The notes beneath the pieces were generated by a model. That model was given only the letters and a program-made list of their open reading frames with translations, did no database searches and had not been told where the DNA came from. A DNA stretch of 64,000 nucleotides. Origin: Macrostomum lignano (lineage: Eukaryota). Below are positions 22,301-34,300 of this stretch, one piece after another. The stretch lies in the NCBI GenBank assembly GCA_002269645.1, contig NIVC01000697.1, forward strand, positions 186,001 to 250,000, given 5' to 3'. How positions within the stretch are numbered: position 1 is the stretch's first letter; the number at the start of each line of letters is the position of its first letter. A program made the position numbers and the translations under genes.

Positions 22301-25300
22301 CTAAATTCACTGCCTGACCAATTCACAGAGACGGCGGCAAGTTTACTGTGGCGCACTCCATCACCAGTTTCACGTTTAAAACGTACGCGCCTATGGCGTT
22401 TCGTCATTTTCGAAAATTGTACAACATCGATATATCCCAGTTTCTGGCCTCCATATGCGGCGAGGAGCTCGAGGAGCTGTCCAATCCCGGAGCGTCTGGC
22501 TCGATTTTCTATCGAACAGCCGACGATAATTTTATAATTAAAACTGTGCAGCACAAGGAGGCCAAGTATCTGCAGCGGCTTCTACTGCAGTATTATCTGA
22601 CTTTAACTCAAAATCCGCGCACACTGCTGCCCAAGTTCTATGGCCTCTACTGCTACCAGGTGAGAGTACCGCCTGTCACCGGTGACAGGTAGCCCTTGAG
22701 AGGGGGAATGGCGCGGAACAGAGGGGGTGGGTTGCTCGTAAAGGGTAGGGAGTAGAGGGGAACAGGAGGGAGTAGAGGGAACAGAGGAGTAGAGGGGAAC
22801 AGGGGGCAGAGGGGAACAGGGGAGTAGAGGGAACATGGGAGTAGACGGAACAGGGAGTAGAGGGGAACAGGGGGTAGAGAAGAACAGGGGAGTAGACGGA
22901 ACAGGGAGTAGAGAAGAACAGGGGGCAGAGGGGAACAGGGGGCAGAGGGGAACAGGGGAGTAGAGGGAACAGGGGGTAGAGGGGACAGGGGGCAGAGGGG
23001 AACAGGGAGTAGAGGGGAACAGGGGCAGAGGGGAACAGGGAGTAGAGAAGAACAGGGGGCAGAGGTGAACAGGGGGCAGAGGGGAACAGGGGCAGAGGGG
23101 AACAGGGAGTAGAGGGGAACAGGGGGCAGAGGGGAACAGGGGGCAGAGGGGAACAGGGAGTAGAGGGGAACAGGGGGCAGAGGGGAACAGGGGGCAGAGG
23201 GGAACAGGGAGTAGAGGGGAACAGGGGGCAGAGGGGAACAGGGGGCAGAGGGAAACAGGGAGTAGAGGGGAACAGGGGGCAGAGGGGAACAGGGGGCAGA
23301 GGGGAACAGGGGGTAGAGGGAACAGGGGACAGAGGGGACAGGGGAGTAGAGGGAACAGGGTAATACAGTAGACGGAATCGGGCTTATCATTGCATGCTTT
23401 CCAACAGTTCTCTGTTTAACCCCCCCCTCATCACCGCCCCTCCTACGCGCCGCAGTGCGGCAGCAAGAACATTAGATTCGTGGTGATGAACAATCTGCTG
23501 CCCTCGTCTATTCGGCTCAGTGAGAAATACGATCTCAAAGGTTCCACCTATAAGAGAAGGGCTGGCAGCTCTGAACGAGAAAAGTCTGTGCCAACATTTA
23601 AAGATTTGGATTTCAAGTGAGTAGTATAACTAGGCCTACAAGATAAATTATCCATAAGGGCTATCAAGATGACCGCAGGTCGCCCTGTCATCTATAGGTT
23701 ATTGCACGAGAATGGGCTATTCCTGGAGGCTGACATGTACAACAGCCTGATGGAGTGCATCAGCCGGGACTGCCTAGTATTGGAATCGTTTCGCATTATG
23801 GATTACTCGCTGTTGCTAGGCATCTATAATCTGGACCAGGCTATTCGGGACCGGGTGAGTGCAAATTAGTGAGCAAATTATCCTATAGCCAGGTGAATGC
23901 TTGATTAGCTATTTCTTAATCCTCAGAGTTTTATCAGGGTATGCCTACAGGCACTTTAGAACTGCTCTTTAATCCCTAGATCCACATCTAAGGCTCCTTA
24001 ATCATTGGATTCACAAATGCTTAATGCTTCCCAATCACTGGATTCACAAATGCCTAATGCTTCCCAATCACTGGATTCACAAATGCCTAATGCTTCCCAA
24101 TCACTGGATTCACAAATGCCTAATGCTTCCCAATCACTGGATTCACAAATGCCTAATGCTTCCCAATCACTGGATTCACAAATGCCTAATGCTTCCCAAT
24201 CACTGGATTCACAAATGCCTAATGCTTCCCAATCACTGGATTCACAAATGCCTAATGCTTCCCAATCACAAGATTCACAAATGCCTAATGCTTCCCAATC
24301 ACAAGATACAAATGCCTAATGCTCCTCAATTACAAAATTCACAAATGCCTAGGTTCACACATTAGAGTAATCCCAAGCAAGTTTGTCAAGCACAGCTCCC
24401 TACTTATAAACTTATCCATAATATTTTTATTGAAGTAGAGTTAGTACTAGTCTTAAAAACACCTTCACATTGAAGGCAGACGAAGCTGATTACGTGGAAG
24501 GCGGCCAGGTAATTTGATTAGCTAATTTATTTAAAAGCAAAGTGTGCTTTAATGCTCATTACAAACATTACAGTTGCACAATTCATATCGCTTGAGTTTG
24601 TTGACCTGGCACCTTACATCAATTGTTTTTTTGTGTTTGATTTTTCTATTGTTAATATCATGCCTAATATCATTCGTATGATTTCATTATTCATCAGTAA
24701 CACTGGCACCTGTTTGCGGGGGTCTTATCCAGATTTTTTACGACGATATATGTTAACTATTTTTAAACCTGCACAGTAGTAAATTTTGGGTCAAAGTTGC
24801 CCTTAGCTTACCGAGCGCAGTTCGACGTGCGTTACGAAATATAATTGATATGTAGAGTGCCGATCAGTTTTCCGAATAGGAGCAAGAGCAGCTTTGAAGT
24901 GCTCAAATTGCCTTCCCGCTGTCCGAATCTGTCAGATTTCTCTTGTCATAATATGACATGCATTCGCCGGAGCATTGCTCTTGTCCGAGTTTGTGCTACC
25001 AGTTCATTCCATATGAACTATCCAGCATCCATACTGCCACATGGCAGGCTTGGGTACAATTACCGCACATACTGATATGTTGAATGGTTTTTTTGAGATT
25101 AAAATGAGGCAGAAGCTTAAAAATTCTGACCATGCCAGCTATTCTCTACAAAAATTGAAATTGCCACAGCTACTGATTTCGAAACGACATCTCAAAATCG
25201 TCAAAAATATTGCGGACTAGATTTGTGACCTTCTTCTCAAAGCTGGTGTAAGCAGCTGAGCGCCAGGCGAGAGCCTCATCTACCGAGCAGGCACGCGAAG

Positions 25301-28300
25301 TCAAGAAGCCACACTCGCCTGCCCTACAGGCACAAACACGGTGACTATTAAGGTGGGTCCAAACCAGTACGAGAAATCCCACTTCGATCAGCTTTAACAG
25401 ATTCGCCCTGCGCACGACGACTTCAGATAGGAGAGTCGCGATGCTGAGGGAGTTGGAGTACCAAGTCTACCGAAGGCGGAGGCGACAGCTCGCCCAGTTT
25501 ACAGCAACTGCATTGCGGCAAGTGCGATCGCAAGATCAGAGCCGGCCACAGCGGCACCCCGTGCGCACAATGTCACCGTGTCTTCCATCGCGCCTGCACG
25601 ACCATCTCGCGCTGGAGACCTGCTGAAGGAGCTAGCTGGATATGCCAGCCCTGCGCCGCCAACAACAGAAGCAGAACAGCCGAAAACACCGGGGAGACAG
25701 AACCACCCCAACGGCCCAGCCTAGCCCGGAACAGTTCGGAGAGACCGCTCGCCGCTGCGAGGGCAGGCCGGTGTGCGGAATGCAAGAGATTCAGGAGGAG
25801 AGGACAAGGGGCTGAGTGCAAGAACTGCGGCAAGAAGGTTCACTGGTCCTGCTGCCACAGGACCTACACCCGGAGGCAAATCGAAGGTCTGAAACACCGG
25901 GGCTGGACATGCAACGAATGCGCCCACGAGGCCGCAGCCAAGCCGGAAGGCACAGCGCTCCCACCCCCACCACCCGCCGCTGGCCAGGCACAGACAGCGG
26001 ACGGACAACAGAGGCCGGCAGGGTGCAGCGGAGAGCCGAAGACCAGCAAGCTCACCATCATACAATGGAACTGTGACCACTTCAAGGCCAAGGAGCCGGA
26101 ACTCAAAGAGCTCGTGAGGCAGCAAGATGCCGATGTCATTATGCTGCAAGAGAGCAAGCTGAAGGCCGAGGACGAGCTGCTAGCCTGGCCAGGCTACACT
26201 GTGCTACGTGCGGACCGCAACCGGCACAGACAACACCACAGCGCGAGAGGGGGAGGCCTGGTGACCATCATCAGACACGGGCTGCGGTTCGAAAGGATAC
26301 AGGCGCCAGTGACCAACTCGCCGCTAGAAATTCTAGGCGTCAGGCTATACTTTGAAGCAAACAGCGGGCAAGGTCTGGAAAAACTACATCCCGCCCCAAG
26401 CCACCTGCAACATGGCAGCAGCCGAGCTGGCGCAAATCCCAGGCGGCGAGAACCTGCTCTTGGCCGGCGACTGGAACGCACACCATGAGCTGTGGGACAA
26501 CAACTCCCCCAGAGACAGGCGAGGCGAGGAGCTCGCCGACTGGATGGACGAGCAGATGTTAACGGCGCTGAACGATGGATCCACCACCCGAACCAGCTGG
26601 GACGGTGAACACAGGTCTTCGCCGGACGTGACCATAGTCCCGCAAGCGGAGCTAGACCAGTGGGAATGGCGGACAGCAAACAGGCTAAGCTCCGACCACC
26701 TGCCGATCATCATCAGCCGCAGGGCAGAGAACGCAGACCCGGACCCCACCACCAGGAAGATCATGCGCTGGAACTGGAAGAAGGCGGACTGGCCGCTGTA
26801 CCAGCGACTGGTCAGTGAGCACCTAAAGAGCGCGAACCTTATGGCTCTCAGCAACTCGGAGCATGAGGAACAGCTGCGAACGTGCCTGGTGAAGGCGGCC
26901 CGCACGGCTGTGGGCATGGTGGCCAGGAAAACCAGGAACGCTGAGTTCATCGACGAGGAAGTCCAGCTCCTGACGGCGGAGAGAGACAACATTAGAATGA
27001 GTGAGGGTATCGAGTCTGAGGACTGGAAGCACCTGGACCGGCAGATCAAGCAGAAACAGCAGGAGAATAAGAGGGAAAGATGGAGAGACAAGCTGGACAG
27101 CAATGCGACGGCGGACAAGATGTGGTCGCTGCTGAAGCAACTGAACGGCGCGGCGCCCCCCCCCCCAGAGCGGGGACCAGATCCTTGAGTACGAAGGCAA
27201 AAGGTACAAGTCGAACAGAGCCAAGGCCAACATCATTGCGAAAGTATACGCCAAGGTCAGCGCCACCACCGTTAGGGCCAGTCACAGATGGGCACGCAGA
27301 GAAATTAATGCCCGGCTGAGACAAAGCGCCGCTACCCCCACCACCGAGGACTGTCAAGCCATGACCATGGACGAACTGCTAGCAGCGCTGCAAAGCATGG
27401 ACGCCAACAGAGCCGCCGGAATGGACGGACTGCACCCGAAGCTGCTGAAGGCGCTCCCCCGAGAAGCGCTCCAAGAGGTCCTGAAGCTGTTTAACCGGTT
27501 GTATGACTGCGGCTTCACGCCGCAGAACTGGCGCACGGCCCGCATCATACCTCTACTTAAGAGCGGAAAGCCCGCCAAGGACATAGGATCCTACCGCCCG
27601 GTTAGCCTAACCTCCAGCTTAGGTAAGTGGATGGAACGGGTGCTTGCGAACCGAATCAAACATGTTCTGGAGTCCACCGGCGGTCTCAGCGAAGCGCAAG
27701 CGGGGTTCAAAGGGGGCAGGTCCACGGAGGATCAACTGCTCCGGCTGTCCCAATCGATTGACGACGCTTTCCAAGAGCGAAAACTAACGGTCCTGGCGCT
27801 GTTCGACTTTGCGCGCGCGTTCGACAAGGTTTGGCGCGACGGGCTGCTGATCAAACTGCTTAACGCTGGCATTGGCCCAAAAACGGTCAGATGGATACAG
27901 AGCTGGCTAGCGAACAGGCTGGCGTGCGTCCGGGTCGGCGACGTGGACAGCAAGCGGGAACTTTTCCAGCAAGGGCTGCCGCAGGGATCCGTGCTTTCGC
28001 CGCTGCTCTTCATCGTCTTCATCGATGACCTTCTCAGGCAACTTGACGCTATCCCGGACCTGCAGGTGAGTGGCTATGCGGACGATCTAGCCACCTGGAC
28101 CAGCAGCAGAAGAGTAGCGGAGGCCTTATCCACCCAGCAGAAGGCGGTCGACACCCTGGAAGCTTGGAGCAAAGCATGGCTGCTACCGGTTGCCACGGGG
28201 AAATGCTCGCTCACCCTCTTCTCCAGCGACCCGGCGATGACCCCGCAGAGGGCCGGTGCCACGAACGTTGTGCTTCAAGGGCAGACGATGCAATGGGTTG

Positions 28301-31300
28301 AGCAGCCCAAGTTCCTCGGGCTTACGTTTGACAGACAGCTGAGGTTCACAGCGCACGCTGACAATGTGATCCACAGCTGCCGGAACCGCCTCAACCTAAT
28401 GCGGCGCCTCGCGGGCAGCTCCTGGGGCTGGCAGGCCGAGCTGATCCGCAACACCTACGTTGCCCTCATCCGGAGCAAGATGCTGTATGGGCCCTGCGCC
28501 TGGATGCCGTGGCTCACTTGCGCGGCCTGGCGTAAGCTCGAAATGGTGCAGCACAGCGCGGAGCGCATCATTACCGGCGCGGTCGCCACCACCCCGGTTG
28601 AGGCCCTACGCTGCGAAAGCGGGATGATGTCGATCCGGGAGCAGAGCGAGGTGATATGGAGCGCAAAACTGGACCGATGGCTCAGGCTCGAGCACAGCTC
28701 GCCAAGATACCGTCTCGGCACCCAGCAGACCCGGCAAAGGCTGAAGAGGCTGGGCTGGAGAGCCCAAGCCAGGAAGGGTCTCGCCAACACCGGTCTAGCC
28801 GAGGTGGCCAGGCTCGAGGACATGTCGGACCTCCCCCCGTGGCAGAGTTGGAGAGATAACATCAGCTTCCTCGTCTCCACCGACGATGCCAGGAAAGAGT
28901 CGCGCGCCGGAAACCTTGAGATGGCCCAAGCGAAGATCAACCAGGCCAGCCCAGACCCGGACATCACTATCTTCACGGACGGATCGGTGCGGAGGGAGGG
29001 CGGCGGCAGCGGTGCGGTCATCTATCGGAGCCGGCGTCTAACAGGAGAGCAGGTCGGAGATCAGATCAGCCTCCGGAGGGCAGCCGGGCAGCCGGCCTCC
29101 TCGCTGCAAGCCGAGCTCACCGCCCTAGAGCTAGCGGTGGAATGGCTCAGCGAGCAGCCGGCGTGGAGAACAGCGCTAATCGCATCTGACAGCAAGAGTG
29201 GGCTCCTCGCAGTGCAGGGCCGAGGCCGCAATCCGATCGCGACAAAGATCCGCCAGCTGCTCTCGAGGACCTGCCAGACCGGACGAGAGATTGCGCTCTG
29301 CTGGACGCCGGCCCACTGCGGTCTGGAAGGCAACGAGGCCGCGGACGAAGTGGCCGGTGGCGCGACGGCACTGCCGCAGGCGGAGGCCGGAGTGCTGGCG
29401 AGCGTTGTCCGCAGACGGCTGGCAGCCGTGGCGAAGGCGGCAAGCCAGAACAGCAGGCACTGGTCGCACGAAAGATCGAAAGACACCTATGGCCACCTCG
29501 GTACGGCCAGGCACCCAGCCCACAAGAACAGGGCGGAGGCGGTTAGCTTTATTCGATTCCGCACGGGCCACTCGCTGGAGCTGAGGGCCTACTGCCGGCG
29601 GATAGGCAGAACCACCGACGCAATGTGCCCGGCGTGCGGGACCGAAGAAGAAACGGTCGAACATGTGAGCAGTCAGTGCCCGGCCACGGAGATCAGGCGA
29701 AGGCTGGACGGGCCCACGGAGCTGCACCACCTCAACGAGCATCCAGAGGAGGCGCTCCGGTACTGGGCCTGGTACCGTACCAAGTGGAAAGAGAACGATG
29801 CAAACTAGGATGTTCGCGCCTTCAGCGCAAACAACAACAACAACAGCAACTGCAGCGGAAACACAGGCTGATACACCACCACCACACAACCCAAGCGATG
29901 ACATTTGGCAACAAGCTCCGGTGCAACAGCAGACTCCACCAGTGCCGGTCGTTCGCAAAAGCCTTCGTTTGCAGGACAAACCGCGTGTGAACTACAAGAA
30001 GTAGACTTAAATTTGAAGGCGGTGAAGGAGCCGAGAGTCAAGTACCATGAGCGATTTTTTGACAGATAGCACACTCACACTCATCTGACATGTATTAAAG
30101 GATCGAAGTTTTGTGGCACTGGTGACTAATAAGAGCGTACTACGTTATATTATTGTAAGACATTTCCCATACACATGCTGGGAGACTCGCTCTTTATAGG
30201 TATGGGCTTGAAGCCAGAGATCACTAGCTAAATAATACACAAGCGCATTGGAGAGCCAAGAGCTCATATAGAGTTTCGAACTCGCAGTAGTTTGTGTCTC
30301 ACGACTTCAATTTGGTTCATCAAAGAACCAGAGAACACAACATAAGCCATACATTCGCCGGAGCATTGCTCTTGTCCGAGTTTGTGCTTCCAGGTCATTC
30401 CATATGAACTATCCAGCATCCATACTGCCACATGGCGGGGTTGGATACAATTACCGCACATACTGATGATATGTTAAATGGTCTTTTTTGAAGTTAAAAT
30501 GAGGCAGAGGCTTAAAAACTCCATAACTCCATGCCAGCTATTCTCTACAAAAATTGAAATTGCCACAAGCTACTGATTTCGAAACGACACCTCAAAATCG
30601 TCAAAAATATTGTGGACTAGAGTTGTGACTTTCTTCTCAAAGCTGGTGTTCACTTCGTCATGCCGCAGGCACTCGCCAAGCCATTCTTACTTAAAAGTAC
30701 AAAAATTCGGCAGCTTTGAAGCAGGAAATATTATTTTAAAAAGAGTCCACTATCAAAGAACTCTTCGGTTGCTGTATAGAAATTGAATCCTCCGAAATCT
30801 TACAGGAGGCTAGCGGTCTGCTTAGTGGCAGGCACACAGCTGCAGCAGCCGCCAGTTCATCGCAGGACCCTGTATCCTTCGAGATGGAAACCGCAGCCGC
30901 GGCTGGAGGCTCTACTTCAGCTGGAGTCGAAAACCGAACCTCTGGTCAAGGTTTGTTGCCTCCCATTTGTCACCATGCAGCACAAAGTTCACCACATGTA
31001 CATATGTACATATGCATTCCTTACTCTGACAGACTCCATTGGCTACGTCCATCACTGCCTCTACTAAGTACATTCCCAGAGCCCACTGTCTAAGTACACT
31101 ACTCACAGCCACCACTGTCTGAGTACACTACTCACAGCCACCACTGTCTGAGTACACTACTCACAGCCACCACTGTCTGAGTACACTACTCACAACCAAT
31201 ACTGTCTGAGTACACTACTCACAGCCACCACTGTCTAAGTACACTACTCACAACCACCACTGTCTGAGTACACTACTCACAGCCACCACTGTCTGAGTAC

Positions 31301-34300
31301 ACTATTCACAGCCACCACTATCTGAGTACACTACTCACAGCCACCACTGTCTGAGTACATTACTCACAGCCACCACTGAGTACATTACTCACGGCCACCA
31401 CTGTGTGAGTACACTACTCAAAGCCACCACTGTCTAAGTACACTACTCACGTACAGCCACCACTGTCTGAGTACACTACTCACAGCCACCACTGTCTAAG
31501 TACACTACTCGCAGCCACCACTGTCTAAGTACACTATTCACAGCCACCACTATCTGAGTACACTACTCGCAGCCACCACTGTCTAAGTACACTATTCACA
31601 GCCACCACTATCTGAGTACACTACTCACAGCCACCACTGTCTAAGTACACTACTCACAGCCACCACTGTCTAAGTACACTATTCACAGCCACCACTGTCT
31701 AAGTACACTACTCACGTACAGCCACCACTGTCTAAGTACACTACTCACAGCCACCACTGTCTAAGTACACTACTCACAGCCACCACTGTCTAAGTACACT
31801 ACTCACAGCAACCACTGTCTGAGTACACTACTCATTTGTCAATGCTTTGAATTATTTGTGACTTTTCATAGCTTAAAAAAGCGATAAAAACACTTCAGTC
31901 GGCCTGCAGCGTGGCCTGAGTGTCAAGCGAATCTCCCTATTCAATACGCCAATTGAGTCTATCAACGCCGAACGGGCTCGCGATCCAGTAGACATGCAGC
32001 TCGACGAAGAGGCCTTATTCACGTGAGCTATCTTCGCGTGCCGATATGTAGCGTAATTAACTTTATATTGACAGGGTAGCTATAATAAAAATATTGCTAA
32101 CAAATGCATGGGATGCAGGTCGGGCGGAATTCCGGCTAAAAACAGCCACGGCGACCGGCTGTTCCTATTCACCGGAATTATCGACATTCTGCAGAGCTAT
32201 CGCCTGTTTAAAAAGATGGAACACGCCATGAAGTCTATTATTACTGACGGGGTGAGCTTCTGTTTTACCTGGGCTATTCATTGCTTCTGTTCTGTTCCAT
32301 AGTTTGGTGATGATTTGTTTGTATCTGATTGAGTTTGTCAGTCTGTGTGTCTTTCTGTCTGCTTGTGTCCATCAGTGTCTTACTGATCAGTGTCTGTCTA
32401 TGCCACATATACTAGGTGGGTCACTCAGCACATTTGCGTGTACATGTAAGCTACTTTTAGTTAAGTAGTAATTTAAACTGAAGCATTTTAATGTATTTTT
32501 AAAGCCAAGACTCATTTATTGGCTCTTAAGCCCCCACCTTCTAGCTTAAACCCTCCAACCGCGCCTTTCCACACTACCCCCGCCCCAATTTTTGTCTTTC
32601 TCGGAATTCCAGCCTAAAGCTGCCAGGTACATTTCAGTGGACTGGCTAATGTACATTATGTCTGAACCAATTAGCAAGTTGTTTACGCCTGCAAGCGGCC
32701 ATCAAGTTAATTTAGTGTATCCGTGGCCTATGCTAGTACTCGTACTTGTCGCAGTAACAGTTGCACCAGTTCGCTCCGTTCCCCGCTGAACCCGCCCGCA
32801 GGACACGGTCAGCGTGCACAACCCGCGCTTCTACTCTGACCGGTTTCAACTGTTCCTCAAAACTGAAGTGTTCAAAAAGCAGCCCGATGCGTGTGAGTCT
32901 CTGTCTATTGCATTGCAGCTATAAATTAGTTTGCTTTGCTTTGCTATAAAATTATGAATGATTCCAGGTAATTTCTTTGGTTTCATTGCATGCAAAATTT
33001 ATATTTGCAATTCCTAAAATATAGTGGAAAGGAAAGGACTCTATGAATTTTATTCATTTTCTTCTAGGAGTTTTAACTGGGCTTGACCGAAGGTAATTTT
33101 TGTTAGTCAAGTTATCTTTGTTGAAATCGTTTAATTAACACATTCTATTCCGTATCGTTTTGTGAGTGAATACAACTGTTAAAATGTGTGATAAGGTCAA
33201 GATATTCGGAACTGGTGATCAAGAACCTCTGATTTATGTATTGTACTTGTTTAACCCTCGGTTTCTTATCTGTGTATCCCATTTTTATAATCAGCTCAGT
33301 GGGTTTCCTATGGGTTTCTGTTTTTGATTTTTTATTGCACGTTTACAACTTAAAATTTCAATTCCTGTTTCTTTTTGGCAATTCTTGCAATTTTCAATGA
33401 GATTGATATCATTGCCATCTTTTTTTGCAATGTGAATTAGGCAATGTTAAATCTGTATGGGGCGATGTACTCTTCTTGGGGGAACAGATAAAACTCTTTG
33501 TGGACAACGTACATCCTAGACTGGGAAAGGCAGATAAAATGGTTTTAATTGGTTTGTGGGCAATGTACACTCGAGACGAGACTGGTGGCAGATAAAATAG
33601 TTTTAATTGGCTTGTGGGCAATGTACACTCTAGACTCTGGAATGCAGATATTGGCTTGTGGGCAATGTACACTCGAGACTGGTGGCAGATAAAATAGTTT
33701 TAATTGGCTTGTGGGCAATGTACACTCTAGACTCTGGAATGCAGATATTGGCTTGTGGGCAATGTACACTCGAGACTGGTGGCAGATAAAATAGTTTTAA
33801 TTGGCTTGTAGGCAATGTACACTCTAGACTGTGGAATGCAGATATTGGTTTGTGGGCAATGTACACTCTAGACTGTGGAATGCAGATATTGGTTTGTGGG
33901 CAATGTCCACTCTAGACTGTGGAATGCAGATATTGGCTTGTGGGCAATGTCCACTCTAGACTGTGGAATGCAGATATTGGCTTGTGGGCAATGTCCACTC
34001 TAGACTGTGGAATGCAGATATTGGCTTGTGGGCAATGTACACTCTAGACTGTGGAATGCAGATATTGGTTTGTGGGCAATGTCCACTCTAGACTGTGGAA
34101 TGCAGATATTGGCTTGTGGGCAATGTACACTCTAGACTGAAGTAGCAAATAATATTGTTTTTATAAGATGTTTGAGTGTTGTAAATAACAGATGTCGTAA
34201 TTTTAGGTAGGACTGCTGATTATAGTTGTTCAATATGATTTTAGGAGGTGCTTATTAAAAATTTCAAAAGGCTTCTAGTTTTTTAAATAAATATTCTAAT

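Noticed and set aside
24005-24365. [11 protein letters not shown]-repeat ORF as a repetitive structural protein
   Set aside because: It lies inside a PIP5K intron, has no splice signals in register, and is an exact 33-bp DNA repeat.
24661-24710. Hammerhead-like core on the minus strand (CUGAUGA-AUAAU-GAAA with a 5-bp stem III)
   Set aside because: Stem I does not pair, stem II is a single A-U pair, and the motif is single-copy in AT-rich sequence, so it is probably chance.
25380-25520. HDV-like ribozyme at the 5' end of the Ingi-like LINE
   Set aside because: I could not fit the P1-P2-P3-P1.1-P4 topology by eye, and the TSD shows this stretch belongs to the host Gypsy relic rather than the LINE. 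The 8887-9107 element also failed a canonical HDV fit.
26194-29979. Long minus-strand ORFs over the LINE (e.g. 26384-27118, 28455-29021, 29176-29979)
   Set aside because: Antisense shadows of a GC-rich coding region, with no recognisable motifs.
24961-30649. The 290-bp direct repeats as LTRs of one element
   Set aside because: No TG..CA ends in either orientation, no PBS after copy 1, and no PPT directly before copy 2.
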